A DNA stretch of 37,881 bases from Candidatus Jordarchaeia archaeon. Its GTDB lineage: Archaea > Asgardarchaeota > Jordiarchaeia > Jordiarchaeales > Jordiarchaeaceae. This document shows positions 15,210-25,411 of the stretch, piece by piece (within the stretch, counting starts at the first letter, position 1; each line of letters starts with the position of its first letter). The notes beneath the pieces are model-generated. The model did no database searches. It saw only the letters and a program-made list of their open reading frames with translations, and was not told where the DNA came from. A program made the translations under genes and the position numbers. The stretch covers positions 1-37,881 of the forward strand of contig JAHQXB010000134.1 in the NCBI GenBank assembly GCA_029856435.1, in the 5' to 3' direction.

Positions 15210-15242
15210 GCCTATTGCCACGAGGATTTGCAGAGGTTGTTT

Positions 15243-16562
15243 TTAGATTAGCTTCATTGTTTGGTTCTTTGTAGGTAGTTCCACATTGACATTTTTTCCA
15301 AAGTATTTTTTGAAGGTTTCAGGATATTCAGTGTGTACTGGAACTAGTTTTTTGGGCTTCACTCTTCTGATTACCTCTGCCAACTGGTGGGGCATTACGT
15401 GCCCCGAGGCGTGTATTTGGTAGAGTGGCAGCCCGTAGCATGCCAGCCAATTTTTGAGCCGCTCAAAGTCTATTTCTCCCTCTTCAGTGAAGGGTTCTGA
15501 AGAGGAGTAGATGTAAACGCTACCCGCCTCAGGCCTAATTTCTACTAGGTCGTTTAGGTCAAACTGAGACATAATGTAAATTATTTTGTCTTGAATTCTG
15601 CTAATCTCAGCAATGGTTTTAGTGTTGCCATATTTCTGAATCTCTTCCCTCTCCCACCTGTTTTTTCTCTTCTCCTCGTCTAGTATTATGAACCTGTCTC
15701 CAGTAACGTCGGGGACATCTAATCTTTGGTCTTTTTGTAGTTCCCTCAGTAGGTAGGCTTGCTTCAGTGAAATCACTAGGTAGCGGTCATTTTTTTTGGC
15801 CACATTGTAAAAGGTTCTCAGACGGTCTATATCGTTGTGACCGAAACTGGCTAAAACAATTTTGGGAGTGCTGGCCACCACGCTGTCCAACTCCACCTCC
15901 ACATCCTTCTCACTTGAGACCCTAGCCTGCATAATGTTTGTACCCTCACAAATAACAGCTTCGGGGCTCTCCTCAGCCGCCCTTCGCACAAAGTCCTCGG
16001 TCAACATGGGCTTTGTTCCATGAGTCCTAAAATCCCCAGTATAAACAATTGTCCCCTCAGAAGTATGAATTATGAAGCCATAAGCCCCAGGAACAGAGTG
16101 GTCCACATGTACGGGAAGGATTACCACACCATCGATTTCCAAACGTTCCCCGGTGCGAAATGTTCTCCACTCAATTCCCCTCAAGTCCTTCTCGAAGGTT
16201 CTCCTACCAGTAGCGTCCAGAGCCTTCATTATAAGGGAAGTGGTCTCACCACAATAAACAGGAATACTCCTTTTAATTAGTGAGACATAGCCACTGTGGT
16301 CTCCATGGGAATGGGTGAGGAAAACAGCGTCAATGCTGGGCTCGGACTCCTCATATTGGTATACTCCAGTAAGGTTGGGTATGAGTCCGAAGTCCAGCAA
16401 CCCCCTCTCATCCCTCGGTTGCAGAGCCGGCCAGGAATAGAAGTTTCTCCTCGTAGCATAATTCATTCCAAAGTCCAGAATGACTCTGGTATCTCTATCC
16501 CTAAGTAGGAACATGTTGCCACCCACCTCTCCGACTCCACCATAAAAAGTCATCTCAACCAT
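15243..16562 (-). CDS. Metallo-beta-lactamase/beta-CASP nuclease, RNase J-like
   Basis: GGVGEVGGN, LDFG, THSHGDH, VDHSVPGA, YTGDFR, HASGH, PVHTE. Confidence 0.85.
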   Translation of the reverse strand: MVEMTFYGGVGEVGGNMFLLRDRDTRVILDFGMNYATRRNFYSWPALQPRDERGLLDFGLIPNLTGVYQYEESEPSIDAVFLTHSHGDHSGYVSLIKRSIPVYCGETTSLIMKALDATGRRTFEKDLRGIEWRTFRTGERLEIDGVVILPVHVDHSVPGAYGFIIHTSEGTIVYTGDFRTHGTKPMLTEDFVRRAAEESPEAVICEGTNIMQARVSSEKDVEVELDSVVASTPKIVLASFGHNDIDRLRTFYNVAKKNDRYLVISLKQAYLLRELQKDQRLDVPDVTGDRFIILDEEKRKNRWEREEIQKYGNTKTIAEISRIQDKIIYIMSQFDLNDLVEIRPEAGSVYIYSSSEPFTEEGEIDFERLKNWLACYGLPLYQIHASGHVMPHQLAEVIRRVKPKKLVPVHTEYPETFKKYFGKNVNVELPTKNQTMKLI

Positions 16563-16736
16563 TTCTTAAAACACCCAAAAACGTCCCTTAACTGCAAACC
16601 ATTTCTCGAGAAAACTATATTTAGGCCACACTAATTACCTTTTTGGAGAAGAAACAATAAGGAAGCAAAAATCATTTGAAACATCAACCAGAAAAAAAGC
16701 CCCACTCCAAAAAATTAAGGGGAACTGGATAAGTTT

Positions 16737-18683
16737 CTATATTCTTCTTGCAATGATTGATCCTCCGTGGATTGCTCCCTTGAGCCTACCTATTTTTTTG
16801 CAGTCACCTATCTCGTAAACGGGTATGTTTGTGGTCTTCAATTTCTCCAAGAGCTCCCTGTTTGGCTTAAAGCCTACAGCCAGCACAACGTTGTCCGCCT
16901 TAATCTCTTCGGTTTTACCCCCTCTATCTATAACCACAGAATCCTTCTTTATCTCCTTCACCGTGGCCATAATGATTGTTTCTACTCCCAGCTGAGCCAA
17001 TCTCCAAAGAAGATACAGGCGACTAACAGTATTCAATTCTAGAAGGAGGGCGAAGCCCTTCTCAATTATGCAAACCTTTTTCCCCTTCTCCGCAAGGTGA
17101 ATGGCAACCTCCACCCCAACTTCGCCGCCACCAATCACAACCACACGCTCACCTACAGATTTTCGCCCCAGCAAAACATCGGTTGCCAAAACTACATTTT
17201 TTCCACCCACACCGGGCACATCTGGAATAATAGGCACTGCACCCGTAGCCACAATCAATACATCGGGCTTCACTCTACTTACCAGTTCAGGGTTTACATC
17301 CACATTTAGCTCTACTTTTACGTTTAGCTTGCTTAGCTGCGTTCGGAAGTATTTAAGTAGGTCTCCTAATGGTTCTTTGAAGCTTGCTACGGAGCCAGCC
17401 CTGATCTGTCCTCCTAATTCTCCCTCCTTTTCATATAGGATGACCTTGTGTCCTCGAAGGGCTAAAACTCGTGCTGCTTCCATGCCTGCGGGTCCTCCAC
17501 CCACCACCATGACTTTTTTTGCCTCGCTGGCGGGTTGTATCTGGAATTCTCTTTCTTGTCCCAGTGCGGGGTTAACGTCGCACTGTATGCTCCACATTTT
17601 GAAAAGGTTTCCGTAGCAACCTTGGTTGCAGTAGATGCAGGGATTAATATCCTCCAATCTATTCTCAGCGATTTTTTGCGGTAAATAGGGGTCTGCAAGC
17701 AATCCTCTACCCATAGCTATTAGGTCAGCTTTACCTTCCTGCAGTACTTTCTCGGCGAGTATGGGGTCGCTGAGTCTGCCTACCACGATAACTGGGATTT
17801 TAACCACGCTTTTTATTGCCTCAGCGAGGGGAACATAGCAGCCCTTGGGCATGGCAGAAGGGGGATAGATTTTAGCAAACCAGGAGGGTTCTGATTCGTA
17901 GATCCCTGCCGAGACACTGATGCAATGTACACCAGCCTCCTCCAGTCTCTTGGCGATTTTTTTGGTGTCTTCTATGGTGAGTCCGCCTTTTATGTACTCG
18001 TCTCCGCTGATTCTAAATATTATTGGAAAATCGGGGCCCACTATAGCCTTTATTCTCTCTATTATTTCGAGGGGGAACCTCATGCGTCCCTCGAAATCTC
18101 CACCATACTTATCCTGCCTCTTGTTTGTGAGGGGAGACATAAATTGACTTATGAGGTAACCGTGAGCTCCGTGAAGCTCCACAGCGTCGAAATCAGCAGA
18201 CAGTGTTCTATGAGCTCCCTGAACATACTTATCAACCAATTGTTCCACCTCTTCGGTTGATAGTTCTCGGGGCATTTCGCCACCCATTGCGGCGCATGGT
18301 ATGGGTGAGGGGGCAACGAGTTCCACTCCCTCAGTGCACAGTGTAGAGTTCTGCCTTCCGGTGTGATGTAGTTGGGTGGCAATTTTTGCGTCGTAGGAGT
18401 GTACGGCCTCCGCTAAGTCGTGTAGACCGCTAACGTACTTCCAGTCGTCTATTCTTATTGGGCTTGCTCCAGCCTTCCCCCTGGGCCACTCAATGCATGT
18501 ATTCTCTATTATTATGAGGCCGACTCCACCCTTTGCCCTCTCAACATAGTAGTCGATGATTCGCTGGTTTACAGCTCCCAGCTCTGTGCCAAACTTGGAG
18601 CACATGGCCGGCATGACAATCCTGTTTTTTAGCTCCATTCTCCCAATTTTTATGGGCTCAAATAACTTTTTGAAAACAGGCAT
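16737..18683 (-). CDS. Old yellow enzyme family NADH:flavin oxidoreductase (FadH/BaiCD-type: FMN, [4Fe-4S], FAD)
   Basis: NRIVMPAM, ELHGAHGYLISQF, CIYCNQGC, VVGGGPAGMEAA. Start moved to ATG 18683, which follows GAGGTGG. Confidence 0.92.
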   Translation of the reverse strand: MPVFKKLFEPIKIGRMELKNRIVMPAMCSKFGTELGAVNQRIIDYYVERAKGGVGLIIIENTCIEWPRGKAGASPIRIDDWKYVSGLHDLAEAVHSYDAKIATQLHHTGRQNSTLCTEGVELVAPSPIPCAAMGGEMPRELSTEEVEQLVDKYVQGAHRTLSADFDAVELHGAHGYLISQFMSPLTNKRQDKYGGDFEGRMRFPLEIIERIKAIVGPDFPIIFRISGDEYIKGGLTIEDTKKIAKRLEEAGVHCISVSAGIYESEPSWFAKIYPPSAMPKGCYVPLAEAIKSVVKIPVIVVGRLSDPILAEKVLQEGKADLIAMGRGLLADPYLPQKIAENRLEDINPCIYCNQGCYGNLFKMWSIQCDVNPALGQEREFQIQPASEAKKVMVVGGGPAGMEAARVLALRGHKVILYEKEGELGGQIRAGSVASFKEPLGDLLKYFRTQLSKLNVKVELNVDVNPELVSRVKPDVLIVATGAVPIIPDVPGVGGKNVVLATDVLLGRKSVGERVVVIGGGEVGVEVAIHLAEKGKKVCIIEKGFALLLELNTVSRLYLLWRLAQLGVETIIMATVKEIKKDSVVIDRGGKTEEIKADNVVLAVGFKPNRELLEKLKTTNIPVYEIGDCKKIGRLKGAIHGGSIIARRI

Positions 18684-19079
18684 TCCAACCACCTCTCAAA
18701 TCCTTACCACTAATCCATTACTACAACCCACTTAGTTATCCACCATCTACACACATTTTTTCGATTTACTCTCTTCCAAGTTCACAGCACTTTTCCAGAG
18801 CTTAACATTCTAGAGCGCTCTTTTCATCTAACAAACATATATTTAAGGTTTCAAGATTAGATTTAAATAACTATTAAGCGCATTGATATATTTAAAGATA
18901 CATATCCAGCACTTGCATTTTATCCCCCGGAAGAGAGGTATGATTAAAGCAATGATTCCCGCTTAAAGTATTCTAGGTAAGGATAGAAGAGCATTCTCTC
19001 TTTTGGGACTGGAAATTTAGAACATGAACCAAAGACATTGTTGGAGGTCTTGGGTATTAAATTGGAGGGATAAATAGTT

Positions 19080-20321
19080 ATGCCTAAAAAAATTGTGATT
19101 ATAGCCACTCTGGATACTAGAGGAGACGAGGTCCAGTATCTAAGGGAAATAATTGAGAAAAAGGGACACCAAACAATAATTGTGGATGCTGGAGTTATGG
19201 GAAAACCCCAAATTAGGGGAGATGTTCCTAGAGAAAAGGTCGCCGAAGCCGGCGGCAAAAGCCTTAAAGAACTCGTGGAAGCCGCTGAGAAGGGAGCCGA
19301 CAGATTCGAAGCCACCAAAATAATGATAGAAGGTGTCAAAAAAATAGTGGCAGACCTGTATTCCAAAGGCGAACTGCACGGCATAATGAGTTTAGGAGGC
19401 ACCACCGCCGCAGCACTGGGGACAGCAGCTATGAAAGTACTCCCCATAGGAGTCCCAAAACTATTGGTAACCACATTCATAGATCCCAGACCCATAGGGG
19501 ACGAGGACATAACAGTAATGCAAACACCCGTAGATTTAGTGGGACTCGACAAAATAGTTAAAAGAACGCTCGCTAATGCGGCGGGAGCAATTATAGGTAT
19601 GGTGGAACAGGAGGTCCCCAAGGCGGAAGAGAAACCGCTTGTGGGCATGACCGTTCTGGGAGTCACAACCCCCTGCGTTCAGAAAGTCATTTCCCGCCTG
19701 GAGAAGAAGGGGTACAATGCTGTAACCTTCCACGCAAAAACACCCATGCTAGACCGGCTAATAAGAGAGGGAAGCATAGACGCAGTAATTGATGTCACCT
19801 CTTTTGAAACCATCCCTATGGTTCTCTATCCCCCAGAATACATTGCAATGCTAATAGGCGCCCCCGAAGTGAGGAGAGTACGCTTGGAAAGTGCCAATGA
19901 GAAAGCACTCCCCCAAATAATCGCACCCGGCGGCCTGGATATGCACATATTTCCGGGAACAGGAATAGACAATGTGCCCTCCGAGTTTAAAGGCCGCGCA
20001 TGGACTATGCATGGGCCTAGCGTAGTACTGGTTAGAACCACTAGAGAGGAACTAGAAAAGGTGGGCAAAAACATTGCGGAGAGGGCGAACAGAGCCAAGG
20101 GCCCCGTAGCAATTATAATTCCTCTGCGTGGTTTCTCTGAAGCCAGCAAGAAGGGTGCACCTCTACACGACCCCGAAGCGGATCGCGGATTCATTGAGGC
20201 GTTGAAGAAGAACGTGGAAAAGAAGGTTAAAGTGGTTGAGGTTGACTGCCACATTAATGATGACATGTTTGCCGACAAAGTAGTTGAAACTTTTGAAGAG
20301 TTAATCACTGGAAGGAGATGA
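19080..20321 (+). CDS. Tm-1-like ATP-binding domain protein (UPF0261)
   Basis: IATLDTRGDE, LPIGVPKLLVT, VDLVGLD, MTVLGVTTPCV, IIAPGGLDM and IPLRGFS match the UPF0261 pattern. Confidence 0.85.
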   Translation: MPKKIVIIATLDTRGDEVQYLREIIEKKGHQTIIVDAGVMGKPQIRGDVPREKVAEAGGKSLKELVEAAEKGADRFEATKIMIEGVKKIVADLYSKGELHGIMSLGGTTAAALGTAAMKVLPIGVPKLLVTTFIDPRPIGDEDITVMQTPVDLVGLDKIVKRTLANAAGAIIGMVEQEVPKAEEKPLVGMTVLGVTTPCVQKVISRLEKKGYNAVTFHAKTPMLDRLIREGSIDAVIDVTSFETIPMVLYPPEYIAMLIGAPEVRRVRLESANEKALPQIIAPGGLDMHIFPGTGIDNVPSEFKGRAWTMHGPSVVLVRTTREELEKVGKNIAERANRAKGPVAIIIPLRGFSEASKKGAPLHDPEADRGFIEALKKNVEKKVKVVEVDCHINDDMFADKVVETFEELITGRR

Positions 20322-20325
20322 GTAA

Positions 20326-21195
20326 ATGGTGGTAAAAATAACCAGAAAGGAAATACTTGAAAGACTCCACAAAGAAATTAGTGAAAATAGACCCATTCTG
20401 GGAGCAGGATGCAGCGCCGGAATAATAGCAAAATGCGCCGAGCTCGGTCAAGCAGACCTAATAATCATTTACAGCACGGGAAAAACAAGACTAATGGGAC
20501 TACCCACAACCATAATTGGAAACTCAAACCCCATAACACTTGAAATGTACGACGAAATAGCGAACGTTGTCAAAAACAAGCCCATAATAGCAGGCGTGGA
20601 AGCCAACGACTGCTTCTACTTAGACCAAGAAGCCTCACTTAAACGCTTCCTAAATAAGGGATTCAACGGGGTGATAAATTTTCCCACCACAGGACTCTAC
20701 GAGAACCTCATAGAGGGAGGGATGGCTCTCAGAAAATTCAACGAGTCCATGGCCTTTGGATACGGCGTCGCCCACTGGGGGTGGTCCAGAGAGGTGGAAA
20801 TGATAAAAATCCTACACGACTGGGATGTGTTTACCATGGCTTACGTCTTCACTGCACCAGACTCAAAAGACATGGCTGAAGCCGGAGCAGACGTGATATG
20901 CGCCCATGTGGGACCGACAATGGGAGGCATAGCAGGGTTCACTGCACTGGAAGATTTAGACACCCTACTCAAAAGGGCACAGGAAATATTTGAAGCCGCA
21001 AGAAAGGTGAACCCCGAAGTAATCTGCCTAATACACGGAGGACCATTCTACGACCCCCAAAGCACAAAAGTCATATACGAAAAGACTATCGCCCAAGGAT
21101 TCGTGGGAGCCTCATCCATTGAAAGAATCCCCATCGAAAAAGCAGTAACAGAAATATGCCGAGGTTTCAAAAGCATACCCCTGATTAAACGCTAG
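20326..21195 (+). CDS. TIM-barrel protein, PEP-hydrolase/TIM-barrel signal transduction family (Tm-1 C-terminal-like)
   Basis: ILGAGCSAGIIAK, ADLIIIYSTG, GVINFPT, MAEAGADVICAHVG, IHGGP, GFVGASSIERIP. Confidence 0.85.
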   Translation: MVVKITRKEILERLHKEISENRPILGAGCSAGIIAKCAELGQADLIIIYSTGKTRLMGLPTTIIGNSNPITLEMYDEIANVVKNKPIIAGVEANDCFYLDQEASLKRFLNKGFNGVINFPTTGLYENLIEGGMALRKFNESMAFGYGVAHWGWSREVEMIKILHDWDVFTMAYVFTAPDSKDMAEAGADVICAHVGPTMGGIAGFTALEDLDTLLKRAQEIFEAARKVNPEVICLIHGGPFYDPQSTKVIYEKTIAQGFVGASSIERIPIEKAVTEICRGFKSIPLIKR

Positions 21196-21249
21196 AACCG
21201 CCATTCCCAACATCGTGTTCGGCAAAACAATCAGTTGTGAGGTAGTGTT

Positions 21250-22731
21250 ATGAGTAAAGTTTTGAAACTTTTACAAGACGCCGTGGGTACAGAGTACGTT
21301 TCCGATGAAGATTTCATAACTTATGCCTACGCTAGAGGCATAGACAGCGCTCTACCCCCCAATCCTCCAGACTACGTGGTGAAACCGGGAACAGCCGAAG
21401 AAGTAGCAGAAGTAGTAAAGATAGCCAACAAATTCAAAATACCCATAGTTCCCCGCGGCGGAGGCTGCTGCCTATTGGGAGGCTCCAAACCCATAGAGAA
21501 AGGAAGCATAGTTCTGGACACCGCCAGAATGCACAAAATACTAAACATAGACGAAAACACTCTGACAGTCACCGTTGAAACAGGAATAACTTGGGCAGAG
21601 CTTAACTCCAAACTCAACGAGCTAGGTTACTACACCGGAAACCTCGGCCCAGGAAGCGGAATATCAGCAGTAGTTGGTGGCGGACTATCACACCACAGTG
21701 TGGGAGGAGGCGGAGGAGCAAAATACGGCACATGTACACAGCACTGCGTGGCCCTAGAGGTCGTCCTACCAAATGGAGAAATAATAAACACCGGCTCCAA
21801 CGCCAGCGTCTACACCAAGGAACCATTCTGCCGCTTCGGATTCGGCCCGGATTTAACTGGGCTGTTTCTGGGCGACAATGGGCTTCTGGGAATTAAGACC
21901 AAAGCCACCTTGGAAATTTTCCCCAAACCACCTTACCATGCGGCTAAAACCTTCACCATGGAGGAACCCTCACCAGAAAACGCGGCAAAAATATGGTTGG
22001 CATGGAGAAAGAGAGGAGATCTAGGAATATTTGATTCCCAGCTTTGGACACTAACAATGGTTCTGGGCACCCAGCTGTTGACAGATGTGCCGCAAATTAA
22101 GCCTTGGGTGGGGCTGACGAAGGCTGTGTTCTTTTACACCATGGAGGCCGAAACAGAGGAAGAATTGGAAGCCAACATGAAAATTGTGGATCGAATATGT
22201 AAAGAGAATGGTTGCACAGAATTGGGCCCAGAGCTTAAAGACGGAAACTATGCCAAGTGGCACTATGAAGAACAGGGGCACTGGTTGACCTTTCACGGTA
22301 TTTGGGGAGGAATGGGGCCGGGCTCTATACCCTTGACAACCGAAGTCCACGTTCCCATCCACAGATTTCCCCACATAGCTCATAAACTTGATGAGTGGGA
22401 AGCGGCGCACAAAGCTGAGCTTGATGCCAATGGGGGAATGCAGTCTGGAATATCAACTGCGCTCCTTTGTGGACACACTACTGTGGAAGTAGACTGTGGA
22501 CTTTTGGCTTGGGATAAACCCCAGCATAGGGAGAAGAACCTAGAACTCTGGAAAAGCCAGCTTGAGATGCTTATAAGAGAGGGTGGCATGCCCTACATGT
22601 TGGGAGAAATATACAGCAAGGGCCTAATAGATACTGAGGCCTTTAATGGATCTTACTACTCTTTTCTCAAGAGCATAAAACAGGCTCTGGACCCCAACAG
22701 GATTATCAGCCCAGGAAAATTCTACCTCTAG
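21250..22731 (+). CDS. FAD-binding oxidoreductase, GlcD/D-lactate dehydrogenase (VAO/PCMH) family
   Basis: PDYVVKP, PIVPRGGG, LEVVLPNGEII, DLTGLFLGDNGLLGIKT, LDPNRIISPGK. Confidence 0.9.
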   Translation: MSKVLKLLQDAVGTEYVSDEDFITYAYARGIDSALPPNPPDYVVKPGTAEEVAEVVKIANKFKIPIVPRGGGCCLLGGSKPIEKGSIVLDTARMHKILNIDENTLTVTVETGITWAELNSKLNELGYYTGNLGPGSGISAVVGGGLSHHSVGGGGGAKYGTCTQHCVALEVVLPNGEIINTGSNASVYTKEPFCRFGFGPDLTGLFLGDNGLLGIKTKATLEIFPKPPYHAAKTFTMEEPSPENAAKIWLAWRKRGDLGIFDSQLWTLTMVLGTQLLTDVPQIKPWVGLTKAVFFYTMEAETEEELEANMKIVDRICKENGCTELGPELKDGNYAKWHYEEQGHWLTFHGIWGGMGPGSIPLTTEVHVPIHRFPHIAHKLDEWEAAHKAELDANGGMQSGISTALLCGHTTVEVDCGLLAWDKPQHREKNLELWKSQLEMLIREGGMPYMLGEIYSKGLIDTEAFNGSYYSFLKSIKQALDPNRIISPGKFYL

Positions 22732-22742
22732 GAGGGGCTGCC

Positions 22743-23948
22743 ATGGCCAAGATGGAAAACACAAGAAAGCTTTCGGACATGGTTTATGCTTGTTCCGGCA
22801 TCGGTGACTGTAGGATAGCTTATAGGTGGGCTGTGGGCCGATACGGGGTCTGCCCGGTTCTGGAGCACTCCCCCCAGTTTGACCCATTCTACGCCCGAGG
22901 CAAAATACGCATTGCCAAGGGGATTTTGGAGGGGTTGCTTGAGCCCAGCGAGGGTTTGGCGAAGGTGCTTTACCAGTGCACAACTTGTGGGAGTTGCCAT
23001 TCTGTGTGTCACCAAACTATGTGTGAATACATAGTGTTACCGATAGGGCGGTTTATTGATCACACCAAGCTCTTTGAGGCTATGAGGGCAGATCTTGTGG
23101 AAGAGGGGCTGGGGCCTATGCCGAGACATAGAGAAATAGTGGAGTGGACTAGAAGGGAGCATAATCCCTACATGGAGAAACATGAGGATCGCTTAAAATG
23201 GTTGCCTGCAGGCAAAACTATTCCCCAGAAGGCAGATTTGATATGGTTTGTGGGATGCACAGAGCCCTACCGAATGCCCGAGCTTGCCCAGGCTTTTCTA
23301 AAGATTTTGGAAGCTGGGAATGTGGATTTTGGCATAGTGCACCCTGAGGAATGGTGCTGCGGCTCAATCTTTTTCAGGACAGGGGTCTGGAATTTGGCTA
23401 GGGAACTCGCTGGGCACAATTTGGAGGTTCTAAAGGCTTCGGGAGCCAAAAAAGTTGTAATCCACTGTGCTGGCTGTTTCAGAACTATTTCCAAGGATTA
23501 TGTGGAACTCTTTGGTAAACTTCCATTCGAAGTGGTTAACGCAGTGGAGCTCATCAGAGACCTGCTGAAGGAGGGCAAACTAAAAACAAAAAAGGCAAAT
23601 GTGAAAGTGACCTATCATGACCCATGCCACCTAGGTAGACACATGGGAATCTATGACGCTCCCAGAGAGATACTCAAAATGATGCCCGGAGTCGAGATTG
23701 TGGAGATGAAAAGAATAAGGGATGCTTCCTGGTGCTGTGGCGCAGGTGGAGGTGTTAAGAGTGGCTTTCCAGAACTGGCTGTCGAGATAGCTAAGGATCG
23801 GATAAAGGAAGCAGAGGAAACCGGAGCAGAATACTTGGTGACAGCCTGTCCCTTCTGTGTAAAGAACCTTCAGGACGCCAAGCAGGCTCTGGACTCCAAA
23901 ATTAAAGTCGTAGACATAGTGGAGCTAGTTGCGGACAATTTAGCCTAG
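22743..23948 (+). CDS. GlcF/HdrD-like Fe-S protein with CCG domains
   Basis: CSGIGDC, CTTCGSCHSVC, WCCGS/CAGC, HDPCHLGR, WCCGAGGG, TACPFC. Confidence 0.9.
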   Translation: MAKMENTRKLSDMVYACSGIGDCRIAYRWAVGRYGVCPVLEHSPQFDPFYARGKIRIAKGILEGLLEPSEGLAKVLYQCTTCGSCHSVCHQTMCEYIVLPIGRFIDHTKLFEAMRADLVEEGLGPMPRHREIVEWTRREHNPYMEKHEDRLKWLPAGKTIPQKADLIWFVGCTEPYRMPELAQAFLKILEAGNVDFGIVHPEEWCCGSIFFRTGVWNLARELAGHNLEVLKASGAKKVVIHCAGCFRTISKDYVELFGKLPFEVVNAVELIRDLLKEGKLKTKKANVKVTYHDPCHLGRHMGIYDAPREILKMMPGVEIVEMKRIRDASWCCGAGGGVKSGFPELAVEIAKDRIKEAEETGAEYLVTACPFCVKNLQDAKQALDSKIKVVDIVELVADNLA

Positions 23949-24176
23949 TGTGATAGATTTCTTTTTCCATATTTTTTTCTCTTTTTTTGTTTCCCCGCCT
24001 TTATGTGTGTATTGTGGTTTGGATTTGTTCGGCTTTATTCCCTATTTTTGAGGGTTTAATTGAGAAAAGAAGTTGTGTAAACATTTTTGGGGTGAAATTA
24101 ACAGGTTCTGCATCATTGTTGGTATATTTTGGTAAAGTATTTATATATTATTGTAAACTGTTTTGTTGTGGTTGCC

Positions 24177-24923
24177 TTGATTGATGAGTATACTATCAGG
24201 ATTTTGAAGAAGTTGAGGGAAGGTAAGACTCGTTTCGGGGAGCTACAACAAATTGTGCATAACCCAAAAACCCTTAGCAAGAGGTTGAAAATGCTTATAT
24301 CCAGAGGCCTCGTGAAATCCGAAAACAGACTTTACTTTCTCTCGGATAGGGGTGAATGTGCTGGTAGCCTTCTTGAGAGTTTTGAAGCCCTTTTATATCC
24401 CAGTATCAGTTTGAAAAACATTGATAGATTGCCTTGCCTCTATGCTGACTTTTTATCCCGGTATTGTGAGGTTCTTTACGAGCATTTTTCCCAGCGCTTG
24501 GTTGGAGTTCTTGTTTTTGGCTCATTAGCTAGGGGAAACTGGAATAGGAACTCTGATATTGATTTGCTTGTAGTGATTGAGGGTTGGGATAAGCCGTTGT
24601 GGGAGCGGACAAGGGAGCTTGTAAAGTTGAGGAGGAGGATGCGTGAAACACGAGAGTACCAGAGGTTAATGGAGCGAAACCTTCCAACGGCGATTCAACA
24701 TTATCCTTTAAGTAAGGCTGAAGCTTTAGAGCCTCACAGAATATATATTGATGCCTGCATGGAGGGGATAATCCTCTATGAGAGGGAGGGATTCCTTACA
24801 AAGGTTCTGGAAGAATTCAGGGAAAAACTCTCAAATCTTGGAGCTAGGCGTATAACTACAGCAAGTGGAAAAACCTACTGGCAGCTAAAAGAGGTTAAAG
24901 CAGGGGAGGTTTTCGGGCTGTGA
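24177..24923 (+). CDS. Winged-helix (HxlR-like) fused to minimal nucleotidyltransferase (MNT antitoxin-like)
   Basis: N-terminal RILKKLREGKTRFGELQQIVHNPKTLSKRLKML; FGSLARGNWNRNSDIDLLVV (GS-X10-DXD). Start TTG 24177 chosen because it lies ~30 nt after TTTATATA, but it is uncertain. Confidence 0.85.
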   Translation: MIDEYTIRILKKLREGKTRFGELQQIVHNPKTLSKRLKMLISRGLVKSENRLYFLSDRGECAGSLLESFEALLYPSISLKNIDRLPCLYADFLSRYCEVLYEHFSQRLVGVLVFGSLARGNWNRNSDIDLLVVIEGWDKPLWERTRELVKLRRRMRETREYQRLMERNLPTAIQHYPLSKAEALEPHRIYIDACMEGIILYEREGFLTKVLEEFREKLSNLGARRITTASGKTYWQLKEVKAGEVFGL

Positions 24924-25345
24924 AAAATGTTAGCATAGCAAAGCAGGGCATAAGCAGGGCTGCAAGGTGGCTTCAAAGTGCTGAGAGGGCTATGGAAGAT
25001 GAACGCTGGGACGATGTGGTCTATAGTTCACAGATGGCGGTGGAACATTCAGCTAAGGCCGTCCTTATTTCTCTGGGAATAGATTTTCCAAAAGAGCATG
25101 ATGTGAGTGACGCCTTATTGCAAATCCAAGAAATTTCCCACTTGCCCCAATGGTTTAGGGAGGAACTCAGCTCAATTGCAGACATAGTTGCTGAGCTTGC
25201 TGAGCAAAGGGGACTTGCAGGTTACGGGTTTGAAGAGGGAATAGAAGTAACATACTTTAAAGAATATGCGCCGGAAGCCTTGGAAGAAGCAAAAAGGGTA
25301 CATACTCTCTGCAAAAAGTTCATCGAAGAAACATTCAAAATTTGA
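24920..25345 (+). CDS. HEPN domain protein (MNT-HEPN toxin-like)
   Basis: WDDVVYSSQMAVEHSAKAVL, FPKEHDV, AEQRGLAGY. GTGA overlap with the MNT gene. Confidence 0.85.
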   Translation: MKNVSIAKQGISRAARWLQSAERAMEDERWDDVVYSSQMAVEHSAKAVLISLGIDFPKEHDVSDALLQIQEISHLPQWFREELSSIADIVAELAEQRGLAGYGFEEGIEVTYFKEYAPEALEEAKRVHTLCKKFIEETFKI

Positions 25346-25411
25346 CAAAAAATTAATTCTTGGGCTAATCTTTCTAGGAGGGAGACTAGGGATTACAACA
25401 ATTTTCCGCTG

